Below, piece by piece: positions 1-10,736 of a stretch of DNA of 64,000 nucleotides (position 1 is its first letter; each line of letters begins with the position of its first letter). Source of the DNA: Paraphysomonas bandaiensis (lineage: Eukaryota; Protista; Chrysophyceae). The translations under genes and the position numbers were made by a program. The notes under the pieces were generated by a model. It saw only the letters and a program-made list of their open reading frames with translations, had not been told where the DNA came from and searched no databases. The stretch spans positions 89,867-153,866 of the forward strand of contig CBFFRP010000072.1 of the NCBI GenBank assembly GCA_965644295.1, given 5' to 3'.

Positions 1-189
1 GTAGTAATTAAAAATTCATTTTATCAATCGACTCTGATAATATAATATATATAATACATTCCTACCTGCAGCATTATAACATGGTAGCTGTCGATTTCCT
101 TGACATAAGCGTTAGAACGTTAGAAAATGACGTAATTGAACAATGCTTTCACTCTATCACCATGAGTTAGAAACATATAGTAACATATA

Positions 190-704
190 TATAATAAACT
201 TATGATCCATATCACTTGTCATTCACTGTCAATCGCTAAATTCATATTGTCTCAACTACCAATCATTTCCATACAATCTTAGATATCACTATCCTTTTTA
301 TACGGTCAATATATTTCAGCCTCACTTCTACGAGTGCTATTATTACATTAGTTCTTATAATACAGTTAACCACTTCTGTTTTCTTCCATTAACAGTGATA
401 ATTCAAATATCTTTGAGCAACAGCTTTTAATATTTCTTAAACATAAAAACTCAACAAAGAGGTATTCATTTCAAATGAATTTCTCGTGCTCTGGTTACTA
501 CATACACAACGACGATGAAATCAAAACATATACTGCATATTCTTTCAAGATTTAACATAATTGGATGGTAAAGGCTTAATTAACTGGATGTAATTCACAC
601 TTAATGCTTTAATTATAAATTATGAGCAATCTCATTTATCAGTCATTGTCATTCGTCAAATACATATGGTCTCAACTACCAATCATTTTCATACCAGCTT
701 ATAC
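190..704. repeat. Degenerate direct repeat, period ~420 bp; the second unit is interrupted by the hAT MITE
   Basis: TCTCAACTACCAATCATTT occurs at 250-268 and 670-688, with similar flanks (ttatga..c.a..tca.tt.tca.tca.tgtca.tcg..aaat.catat.gtctc). Confidence 0.55.
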
Positions 705-1059
705 CAGGCCCTGGTAACCCCATTACTGATAGTTTAGTTTCCGGTAACTATAATGAATGGCCATAAATGGCCCATTAATTGCCATTAATACCTAAGTAGA
801 TAACACCGCTCATAATAGATAGTGTGGTGCTCCCTTAAATACTAATTTAGTGTAGTGAAAGTCTTATTATTAGCAATAGGCGTTAAAAACCTGCACCAAC
901 TTAGTAGCTAGATGAATGGTAGACAAACTAACTAGACCTCTACCTGTAACTAATCAGTACACACTTTTTTTATCCTACTATTAAACGCTATGGAAGCTGC
1001 TTGTGCGTCACCGCAAGCACCAAGGTGCGACCACTTCCACTCTGAGTTATTAAGGTGAA

Positions 1060-1176
1060 CATCCCGGATGCTTGACTTCAGCAGGCAGCCCAATACCCCG
1101 GTTACCCTTGAGGTGGGCCCTGTCCCGGCTGCCCTTGAGGTGGGCCCATTCCTGGATGCCTGTTTATTCGTCAGGG
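1060..1176 (-). ncRNA. Possible second, degenerate HDV/Pr77-like motif inside the retroposon
   Basis: Minus strand CCCUG...CAUCCAGGAAUG-GGCCC-ACCUCAA-GGG...CCGGGG...GAAGUCAAG-CAUCCGGGAUG. P4 is poor and the P3/L3 block is duplicated with a 27-nt period. Confidence 0.35.
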
Positions 1177-1277
1177 CCCAAAGAGGTCTACACAAGTGAC
1201 ACTTATTGGGGTCCCTTGTACCACACAAGCATTCGGCTATGAGTGGACAGCAGAACAATATCTGCTGACTATGTTTG

Positions 1278-1365
1278 CGGCTCACGTTAGTTTCCCAGAG
1301 AGAATCTCTCCGGTACTTATCCCCCAAAACACCACGAAAAGGTGCGAGTCCGACTTTGTTGAGGG
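1278..1365 (-). ncRNA. Putative HDV-like self-cleaving ribozyme (ingi/L1Tc Pr77-type) at the retroposon 5' end
   Basis: Minus strand: P1 CCCUCAA/UUGGGGG, P2 CGG(A)CUCGC/GUGAGCCG, P3 ACC/GGU with L3 UUUUCGU, AGUA/GAA loop, P4 CCGGAGAG/CUCUCUGG, J4/2 CUAA with candidate catalytic C at 1290. Elements are in nested double-pseudoknot order. Confidence 0.7.
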
Positions 1366-2586
1366 ACTAATTTAGTGTAATAACAAACAACGAATCGTAA
1401 CTACTTCTCGCTCTCCACTGGTACATCAGGATCTTCTTGCAGAGAGGGCTTCGTGTAGGGCATTAGCATCCCACAACATGTAATTGGCTCGTCGGAATAG
1501 CAACGATTCTAGACGATAAATTATATTTATATGAATGAAATCTAGGTGAAATATGCATACTTTCAATGCTTTTTTAAAAGTTTTTGCGTATGAGTACGTT
1601 GTTATATGTTGTTGCTCAGGAAAATGTTTTCTAACTCCTATAGCATTAAGTTTTTGCCACTGATAATGAATAGAGTTGCGACAAAGTAGCTATAGAGTTG
1701 CATGAACATTGCTTAACATTGTTTAGATTTCACTTTTAGTTCTATATATGGCATATATCAAGTACCAGTACACTCCATTGTTGGGAAGCCATTAATGGCA
1801 GTCCAGTTCCCGTAATTATTACGGCATTACCGAAAATGTCCCGGCAATTATAATTCATTAATAGCCCATTAATGCCATTGCCATTTTAACGGCTACCAGG
1901 CTCTGGCTTATACAGTCCATATTAAAATTTGGATTATACTCTAGTATATTTCAGTGTGGCACTTGAAGACAATGTACGAGAATACAGTGAAGTATGGTGA
2001 TGTACTAATGCTATACTGATATTGAGAAACTGAAATAGTGTCCCCTTTCAAGATATGTTTAGTAGTGACAGATTCACACATGTAGGAGATAATGCGTGGA
2101 GCAAAATGAGATTGTGTTGTTTGTCACATTTTTGTGTAAATGATATTAATTCATCTATCTAATCTAAAGACAAATTCTCTGCGATCTAGTTAAAGAATGA
2201 GCATTTTCCAACAGAGTACATATATTTATATATCTAGTTTGATTACAATTAACTTCTCTTAACGATCTTAGTTGTGAAAATGACCAATAGCCAATAAAGA
2301 GGTGCCTTACAAAGATTATTTATATATAAGTAAGTACAGTTCAAGAAGTTATGACTCATCATCGTCTCTACGTTTTGTTTTAAATTTACAACTTCACCAT
2401 AATCGTTAATAGAACGGTAGATACTTATCAGCACAACACTATCAGCTAGAAATTGCACCAGATACGTAACATATTGCTAAATAAAAACAGCCACGCTGCT
2501 GTGAAGGTAGTCTGTCACCAACCGACACTTTAGAACAGGGAATATTCATTTTCGAAAGAACTTAGCAAAGAGTGAAATGTATCATG

Positions 2587-4766
2587 CTAACAGACTATAT
2601 CCTCAGTGAGATAAACACGGACGACATCTTGGATAACAAACACAACGTACAGGACGAACATTGCGCCTCCCAATGAGTAGTCCATTTTCCAGCCGGACGC
2701 CATGATGGATAATATGACGGCAGCAACCATACCAACCAAAACGATGACTGATATGAAGAGGTTGTCAGCCCCCACAACGACCGGGCAGTCCATAATAATA
2801 TTGAAGAGCATCCAGGGAACTGGTAGTCCCACACACACGTCAAATATATTACTTCCAATGGAAGATGACACTGCCATATCCCCCTTGCCTGCCTTTGCCA
2901 CAACTACAGAAGAGAGTAGGTCCGGGATACTTGTTCCAGCTGCCAATACTGTCAACCCCATTACCACAGATGGTACTCCAATGGTTGCACCTATGATCTC
3001 AATCCAGTCTACCACAAGATATGAGTACGCGCCAATCCAAGCAATAGACAAAACGAACTGGTAGTAACACCACCCTCCGTTTCCAGGTATGCGGACGTCC
3101 TTCACACCAACTGTACATGCTAGAGTCCAGGTTATGGGCGCCAGAAACAAGTACATAGCATTCGCACGTGTGTTTTCTTTAGGAAAGTCTAAAAGCTCCC
3201 CCCATATCCCCTCCGCCGATTCAGCTGCTATTTCAGCATCGTGCTGCATTTCCTTCCAGTAGGTGCTATGCTCAAACCAATCTGAAAACTCAGAGTATGT
3301 GATGGTATCCTTTCCCATTGCGGAGGTACGAGGGCCATTTTTAACCATCTCGAAGTCCCGGGATTCACTGAACTCCTCGCAAATAATTTGATCTTTATCA
3401 CTCTGTGCTCTTGCAGGGCGACCCAGGCACAGACACTGTATAGCCTCCTCTAAACCCTCTTGTGTATATTGTATATTGAGGTTATCCAGCAGAGTGCCTA
3501 GCATGCTAAGAGGAATTCTTCCAGAGTTATCAACATCCAATTCGTCGAAAACACGTTTTTCTTCATTTTTCAGTCTTTCTTCCGATTTCACATACCACAC
3601 AGTAAATTCTGCAAAATCCACCACACCATTCTGGTCAACATCAAGCTCTTTCATGATATCTCGCACATGATCGTCCGAAATTGTCACACCTGGATTAGTG
3701 TCATAGAGATCAACCAAAAGCTGCTTCAGTTCCATCGCATCAATAGTTCCTGAACCGTCTGTGTCCAGTTTATCGAACACAGCTCTTACATCCCCGTCGA
3801 TGACCTTCACACAGTGCACAGCAGCAGTATCGAAAATGGAGCCATCCTGAGTCAGTAACTGCACGAAACCAGCCCTATAGTGGGAGGGAAATTGGGCAGC
3901 CCCACGGGGTGAAGTCACGTCAGTTAGTAGTAGATCGCCTCCTTCATCACTGTTTTTGTCATCGCCAGAAATACCCGTAGATTGGTTGAAATAATTATAA
4001 AGTTCACCATTGTACGCCATAATGGTGCAGTATATAAGGTAGAGCATGAATAAAAACGCAGCTTCCCAAGCTTCAATAATACCAGGTGAATTGACTCCGA
4101 AAACTATAGCCACCATTAAAAGACAGACTATATAACAGAAACAATCTCGAGCGAGAGGCCATCCAGTGAGCTTAAGAGGAGATAGTTCACGGGGAGTACA
4201 GAGGACGCAACAGGCTATCACGAAAAGTACATTGAACACTGCCGACCCCACAATTGTACCGAAACCAACATCTGATCCACGAAAAGTACCAATTAGAGAA
4301 GTTGCTAGCTCTGGAGCAGAGCCACCAGCCGCCATAAGTGTCGCACCCGCAACATCATCACTCATATTCCATGTAGAACCGATCTCTTCAAGAGCAGGAA
4401 CAAAAAACTCATCGCACACGATAGCAAGTGCAATGAATAAGTACAACGCACCAACAGCGTAAAGTACTGCGACTTCAGCTTGAGTACCCTATCGAAACAA
4501 TAGTCAATACATTTGATATGATTCGATTGCACATATGACACCTTCGGACAACCGCTATCGCCATCATCATCATCCGGTTCACAAAAAGCGCTTCGAAGAT
4601 TCCTTCCGTTCACTGTGTCGTTAATGTTCAATACTCGTAACGCAAAGTCCATAAGAGGCTCCCTATATACGAGACAGATAGCAAGGAGTAGGCATATAGT
4701 AAAGAAGGAAGGGAGGTATGGACTGGATTTGATTGGAGCCCTTACAAATACGCGCTTATGTTTCAT
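2587..4766 (-). CDS. K+-dependent Na+/Ca2+ exchanger (NCKX/SLC24 family) with EF-hands in the central loop; 2 exons
   Basis: Alpha-1 repeat VAGATLMAAGGSAPE...GTIVGSAVFN and alpha-2 LAAGTSIPD...SSIGSNIFD. EF-hands DTDGSGTIDAME, DVDQNGVVDFAE, DVDNSGRI. A 53-nt GT-AG intron at 4489-4541 joins the two ORFs (..CPK|GTQAEV..). Confidence 0.92.
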
Positions 4767-6098
4767 AGTTTAATAGTTAGGTACAATAAGATAATCTATC
4801 CACAAATAGGCACTATGAGGGTGTTATACGTTACTTGTCTTACTTACAATCCATATGAACTTGATTATATATAGTACCGCAAGATTTTATTGTATAATAG
4901 TAAACTTTAAAGCATATATATGTGTGGGTTGATCTCTATATGATCGCACCTGTAAAGGTAACGTTCGTTCCATTCCTCATCACAGTAACCGTATGTAGAA
5001 TACTGGAATACGTCACTTTTCTATTGGAATACATACACAGTACGGGTAGATCTGTATAGAATATGAGGGTCCAGCAGTGTATGTATGCGTATACCACAGC
5101 AGTATATGGATGGGTACGTTGGACTACGTGTTCTCCTCAACGGTCAATCCTAACGGTAATAAGAGACACGAAATTACATAAATATCCACCTATCCATCCA
5201 TTCTTTACCCTCATCCATATCTAGTTTGCTTCCGACTTCCTAGAAAGGTTAGAATTTACTTGTTAAATAAGCTTATACTTAGAAGACTGAAATGTACATG
5301 TGGATATGCTGCACGCTATAGTATCTGGCCCCTACTAAACCTATGTCGCGTATGCGGCTGTCTGATTCGTGGAATCATAGTAGTAGGACTGCTACAGGTG
5401 CGACGCACATTCGTTGGTGTATGCAATACAAAGCCCTATCAAGTATACTCGTGTCGGCTGCATACCTCGGAGTAGGGAGAATTAGAAAAGTTTATTCATT
5501 CGACAACAAAATACAAGTTTAAGGTCATATCTTAGATTAGAAATTTGTAAATTTTTCACACGTTGTCGTACAGTTTTTACAGCTAAGAATACTAAGAGTA
5601 CTGAGTACTGTCCCGATTGTGTAAGTCGCATTGCGTAAATTGTAAAAACACATTACCTTCAGGTCTTACGTCTTAGTACCGTATAACGGATTTGTAACAA
5701 TTGTCATTACTTAACACTGTCGTCGAGTTATGGTCATTGAAACTTCTCCATTTAGAATGTGTACTAGTATAAACTATAACTATATACTCTACCTAAACAA
5801 TGCATGATCGATTGTGTATATTGAATACTACCTATATCTATGAATTTATATACTGCTATCCATGGTAATACTATATTTTTCAACTGCAAGTGAATACTAG
5901 CTATAACGGAGGATTTCAAATTTCGATGATTATGTCATCTTTCTCTTTGGAGGATATCGTGCATGCGGTTTTTACAGTATTACAAATTATTTAAAGCCAT
6001 AAAAATTAAAGATTTAACTCACATTGGCATAGATAAGCGGCAATAAAATTACATATCACATATTTAGTAGCATTGAGGCTTTAGAACAAACTACAGAA

Positions 6099-7488
6099 TC
6101 ACAGTCTTACCCCACCCTCTCTATTCGTGGGAGATGTTCTGTTTTTCGCCTGCACTCGTCGGAGAGCGGCCCTATTGGCTTTCCCTGTCGGCGAGTATAA
6201 ATACTCTAAAAGTGCCTGTATGTCTCCGCCACGTGTCTCTAGCTGTTTACGCAGGTCGCGCTGTGACATTTCAGGAAATAGAACACACAATGCATCTACG
6301 GTACGGTCATCGGGGGGTGCAGAAGAAACATTAGAAGTAGAGCTCGTGGTAGTTATAGAACCGTTTCCCCAAGATGAAGACCACGTAGATATCGTCGGTT
6401 TGAGAGAGCGGGAAAACGTGCGCAGCAGAGCGAGTGAGGAGCATACAATAAGAATATGGGGAAGGATATGGATACAACTGCAAAGATAAGCCCACGATGA
6501 CACCACTATACTTTCTCGCATTGCAGACACAGTGCGTTGAATATACTGATAGTCGCATGCATGTTGCCCAGCCATACATGACTGCACCATACCCATGTAC
6601 TTTTCTGTCGAAGGGTCCCGTATAAGATTTCTGTTAATGGTCGTGATAGTGTACGCCTGAGCAAGAAGTACCTCTAGACAAAAGTCCAGATATGGATCCG
6701 CAATGTAAGTAGCGGTAGAATAGAGATAACCAACCACGAGAGCGCTGGCAAGTGGAAGTATTCCAGAAGGGAGAGAGGATCGTAGCATAAATAGGGCAAT
6801 GATAAGGCATCCGGCTGATACCTTGGGCAGGCTAACCATCGCAGATACTGTACCCACGATACAAAGAGTAATCGTTATCCAATTTGTCACTAGTACTATA
6901 AGCACTCCATACAGAACAGAAAAGATACCCTTTGCAATGTCTCTTAGCAGTAGATAGCATGCAATTGCGTATAGCGGAGACACACACAAAAGAAGCATTT
7001 TAATATGAGGAGTATCCTGCATCATGTAAAGGGTCACAGTTGCGATCCCGACTAATAACCACAATCCTACACACTTCCAGGACCACTCTGCTGTACCCTT
7101 TGTTTGGAACAATGGTCTAAGCATACTAACAACGCAAACAAGCAACACAACGCCGACAGCAATGTCAGCAAGGGGTACATCAATTTCTCCAACTTCTACT
7201 GAGCTCCGCCGTGGACCATTGCTTTTCTTACGAGCCGCAGACTTTAATACTCTATAAGCATCATTGATCTCTCGCTGATGCTCTGTATACATAGCTTTCC
7301 TCTCATCTGAGCATATACCGTACTTACCGCACTTATCTATAGACAAGATGAGACAGAGAGTAGCATATGGAGAGGGTTACTATGCCTGGATGCCAAGCTT
7401 TGGATAGCTCTCTATATCTCGCTGTAATATACTCTTCATCATCATCAATAGACGCACCAAGCACACGATGACAGTCCGATAAATCCAT
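6099..7488 (-). CDS. J-domain (DnaJ) multipass membrane protein with C-terminal CUE-like domain; 2 exons
   Basis: Exon 1 MDLSDCHRVLGASIDDDEEYITARYRELSKAWHP; a 49-nt GC-AG intron (7337-7385) restores HPD-K...EINDAYRVLK. Several hydrophobic segments follow, then VDALCVLFPEMSQRDLRKQLETRGGDIQALLEYL (CUE-like). Confidence 0.75.
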
Positions 7489-8558
7489 CCTTCACTGTTG
7501 CATGAAAGGATCACCAGGTGATCTCTACTCAACTATAATAATAAGGATATCTATAATATAATGATGACTTAGTGATAGCACACAGCGATATATAATACCA
7601 CAGTAGAGTGAGTATAAATATGAAATTCAATGACTCGAACTTTAACTCACTTCACTGCAACTTCGTTCACTTCTTTTCTATCACTTCTTGTATATATGTA
7701 TGTATGTATATATGGCATGGTACACTGCTGTGTATGACATGGATATATGCTTGTATGTATATACAAGCTGTATTCCTTGTATATTTACGTATTCTAGTGA
7801 TTGTGTAAGGTGGAAAAGGACATGAATGGGACAAAGTAACTGCGCTCTAGATGCATCCACTCATGATATACCAAAACATAAATCACTCATCATTGTTATA
7901 ATGAGAGTGAACTTTGCATGAACTTGCTGGAGCTAATTTCAACTCTGCGCGCAATGATCCTATGGAAGAAAAATCATAATTCACAATTACTCTCCTTCAG
8001 GAGGGCCACATTATGCAAGATGCGTTACTCTTTAACAATAAGTATATTGCTGTTAATTTAAATATTAGTCCTCTTGCCGTACTATGAACTGAGATTATAT
8101 ATGTGAATTTCATCATGTGTCGTGGCTGTACTATATAACTCTGTCGTCGTATCGTGTTTATGAACTTTCTTTTATTATTATTTCCCAATATTGAATATGC
8201 CAATTACTTTGTGACTACTAATTAAAATATGCCCGCCGAGGGCCCTCCATTCTCAGATCAAAGCTGTATTACAGGTGGTGGTTCACAACGATTACATATA
8301 TGAAATGTTAGGTCTATAGCAAGTATATGAATCTATTATACTTAAGAAAAGAGCATCATGGCTAGCATGATTTGTTTCTCGGGGCTACGTAAACAACATT
8401 ATTTTCATGCATTGCAACTTAGTAAAGCAAAATTAAATTTAAAACATTAAGCATGGCTATACCGGAGATGTAGATTTCAAACAAAACAATATTATTGAGT
8501 ATATTCACTCATTTCACAAATTAAGTAACAAATGGATTTATTGTCATAAATGTAGAAA

Positions 8559-9575
8559 TCATTGTGTATTGTCCACTGCAATTGTAGAGTAGTTACTGTG
8601 TCCTTCCATGTCAAGTGGTATGGTGTCTTCCCACAGCCCCATTGCTCCTTCTCCATTGCCCTTGCACCATGCGCGAATCATACCAGAGGAGTTGAACTCC
8701 ATTTCCATCTGACCAGTACAGTCAATTGCAATCATGCCACCAGTATTCGGAGGGAGAACGGTATGTACCGTTTCCCGTACTGCCTCCGTTAAAGATTTTC
8801 CAGCATAAGACATACGGCATGAAACATCATACGCAGCCATGTATCGCATAAACTGCTCTCCTTTTCCAGTACAACTTACTGCACACGTCGCATCGTTAGC
8901 GTAATTCCCGACACCACATATTGGGCTATCGCCAACCCGTCCACAGAGTTTATTCGTCAGTCCTCCTGTGCTTGTTGCAGCGGCAATGTGACCCTTGTAG
9001 AAACAAACACACCCTACAGTGCCAGTACTGTCGTCCTTTCCACCTTCTGTTTCAGGTTGCAAAAGGTCATGGTCGTTAAACACTCCAGCTGTGTTTCGTG
9101 CCATCTCTAACTGATCCATGCGTTTTTTACTGTGGAAGTACTCCTGACTGACCTTTTCAATGTCGTGAACGTCAGCCAAAGATTCTGCCCCCTCACCTAC
9201 CATTAGTAAATGACTTGTTTTCTCCATAACTACCCTTGCCAATGCAACAGGATTCTTTATAGACTTAACCATCGCAACAGCCCCACTGTGCAGTGTAGAT
9301 CCATCCATTATACTCGCCTCCATCTCATGGGTCTCTTTTTCCGTATATACAGATCCACATCCGGCATTAAACGTACGCTCATCTTCAAATAACTTGACAG
9401 CATATTCAGCTACATCGACAGCAGTTCTATCACTGTGTTGGAGACCCTCTCTTGCATACTCATATGTCTTGCGGACTATCTCTCCAAGGGGGTTATAATA
9501 CACACTGGCATCGATAGTTTTGGCAATATCGCCCGCACCACCATGCAAAACAAACCCAAAATCTGAACTGCTCAT
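8559..9575 (-). CDS. Isoaspartyl peptidase/L-asparaginase (plant-type, Ntn-hydrolase)
   Basis: LHGGAG, FNAGCGS, EMEASIMDG, autocleavage site GTVG, ATSTGG, GRVGDSP, SCTGKGE. Likely start MSSSDF at 9575. Confidence 0.93.
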   Translation of the reverse strand: MSSSDFGFVLHGGAGDIAKTIDASVYYNPLGEIVRKTYEYAREGLQHSDRTAVDVAEYAVKLFEDERTFNAGCGSVYTEKETHEMEASIMDGSTLHSGAVAMVKSIKNPVALARVVMEKTSHLLMVGEGAESLADVHDIEKVSQEYFHSKKRMDQLEMARNTAGVFNDHDLLQPETEGGKDDSTGTVGCVCFYKGHIAAATSTGGLTNKLCGRVGDSPICGVGNYANDATCAVSCTGKGEQFMRYMAAYDVSCRMSYAGKSLTEAVRETVHTVLPPNTGGMIAIDCTGQMEMEFNSSGMIRAWCKGNGEGAMGLWEDTIPLDMEGHSNYSTIAVDNTQ

Positions 9576-10736
9576 TTGTATGATGTTCAATGCAAGTGGT
9601 AATATGTATAGAGATATGCACATATATATACAATCACAGCATCTGACAACAGGCAGCATACTATGTATAAAAAAACACGTGTCACTTATACTTCTATCAT
9701 CTGGTAGAAGAAGAATATGTTATAGCCAATCATTTGAGAGATGGCGTTATTAGAGCTATATGATAGGCTGTGTTCAACAGTTGAAAGATCATACCTGCAC
9801 TTGCTTGAAATAGCCGGACATGCATCTACATATGAACTCTAGAACTGCCATGTCATGAACTAATAATGAAATTAACTGCTATCGTAGTTGAACTCGTGAT
9901 ACCTCCGCTTACAGATTAATTTACTCATAATCTATTCGTTCTTCTAATAATGAATGTGTGCAAAGAATGGGTAGTGCTTACTCTGATATATTCCTACAAG
10001 AGTTGAGAGTTGGAGTGGTAGATGTATTAAACCTTGTGAAAAGTTTGACATCATTTCCGCTAAGTACCACACGAATTGACATAATTAAAAAGCTTCAATG
10101 GCAAGTGATGCAGCTTATGTCTGAGTAGTATGTAGTATATAGCACTGTGAGAAATTTCAGACCACTTGTGCTCAACGAGACAAGTTGTGGTACGTTTCGA
10201 GAATAGAATATTAAGAGTTAAAACTAATTCTGATTAAGGCTATTTCACTCTAGTTGCTTGAATTGATATTACATCATCAATCCGTTTTAGATCCGACGGA
10301 ACGTGCATATAGGTTTCCACACATGAACGATAGTAAAATTGCCTTCAAATAATATATGTTGCAATATCATGTTGACGACAAGTATGATATACAATGTCGT
10401 TTTCGGTGTTTTCATGTCCACTCAATGTGTCAATAGTCAATATCATCTTGCGTACTTGGTAGCTGTGTGCATCACTATTGTTACTCTGCATTCAGCTTTC
10501 ACACCTTACTTTTCTATGAAAATATACGTATTACCCCTGATTGTAAATTTCATTATTATTCACGCATGCATTTTATTTATTGGAACCTCGCACTGTGTCG
10601 TTTGTTGATTGTCGTGGGTGGTTTAAACAGGCATGAAGAAGGCCTGAGTCTTGAATGCAATTCTAGTATTTCTTACTACTTAGAACAGTTCATATATAAA
10701 AATATTTACATTAGTAATTTATAGAGGGAATATTAA

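Larger units (their letters stand above)
855..1365 (-). mobile_element. Full-length short non-coding retroposon (SINE/RIME/SIDER-like), copy 1
   Basis: Perfect 14-bp direct repeat ACTAATTTAGTGTA at 841-854 and 1366-1379 (TSD). Highly similar copies at 13704-13994 and 50438-50760. No TIRs and no credible ORF. Confidence 0.85.
705..1905. mobile_element. Non-autonomous hAT-superfamily DNA transposon (MITE) carrying a nested retroposon
   Basis: Perfect 8-bp TSD GCTTATAC at 697-704 and 1906-1913. Imperfect 15-bp TIRs CAGGCCCTGGTAACC / GGCTACCAGGCTCTG with CAG ends. Many subterminal GCCATT/CCATTAAT motifs at both ends; no ORF. Confidence 0.8.

Noticed and set aside
950-1327. 125-aa ORF (and 50321-50548, 50507-50776)
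   Set aside because: These lie in the retroposon; the frame is not preserved among copies and there are no protein motifs.
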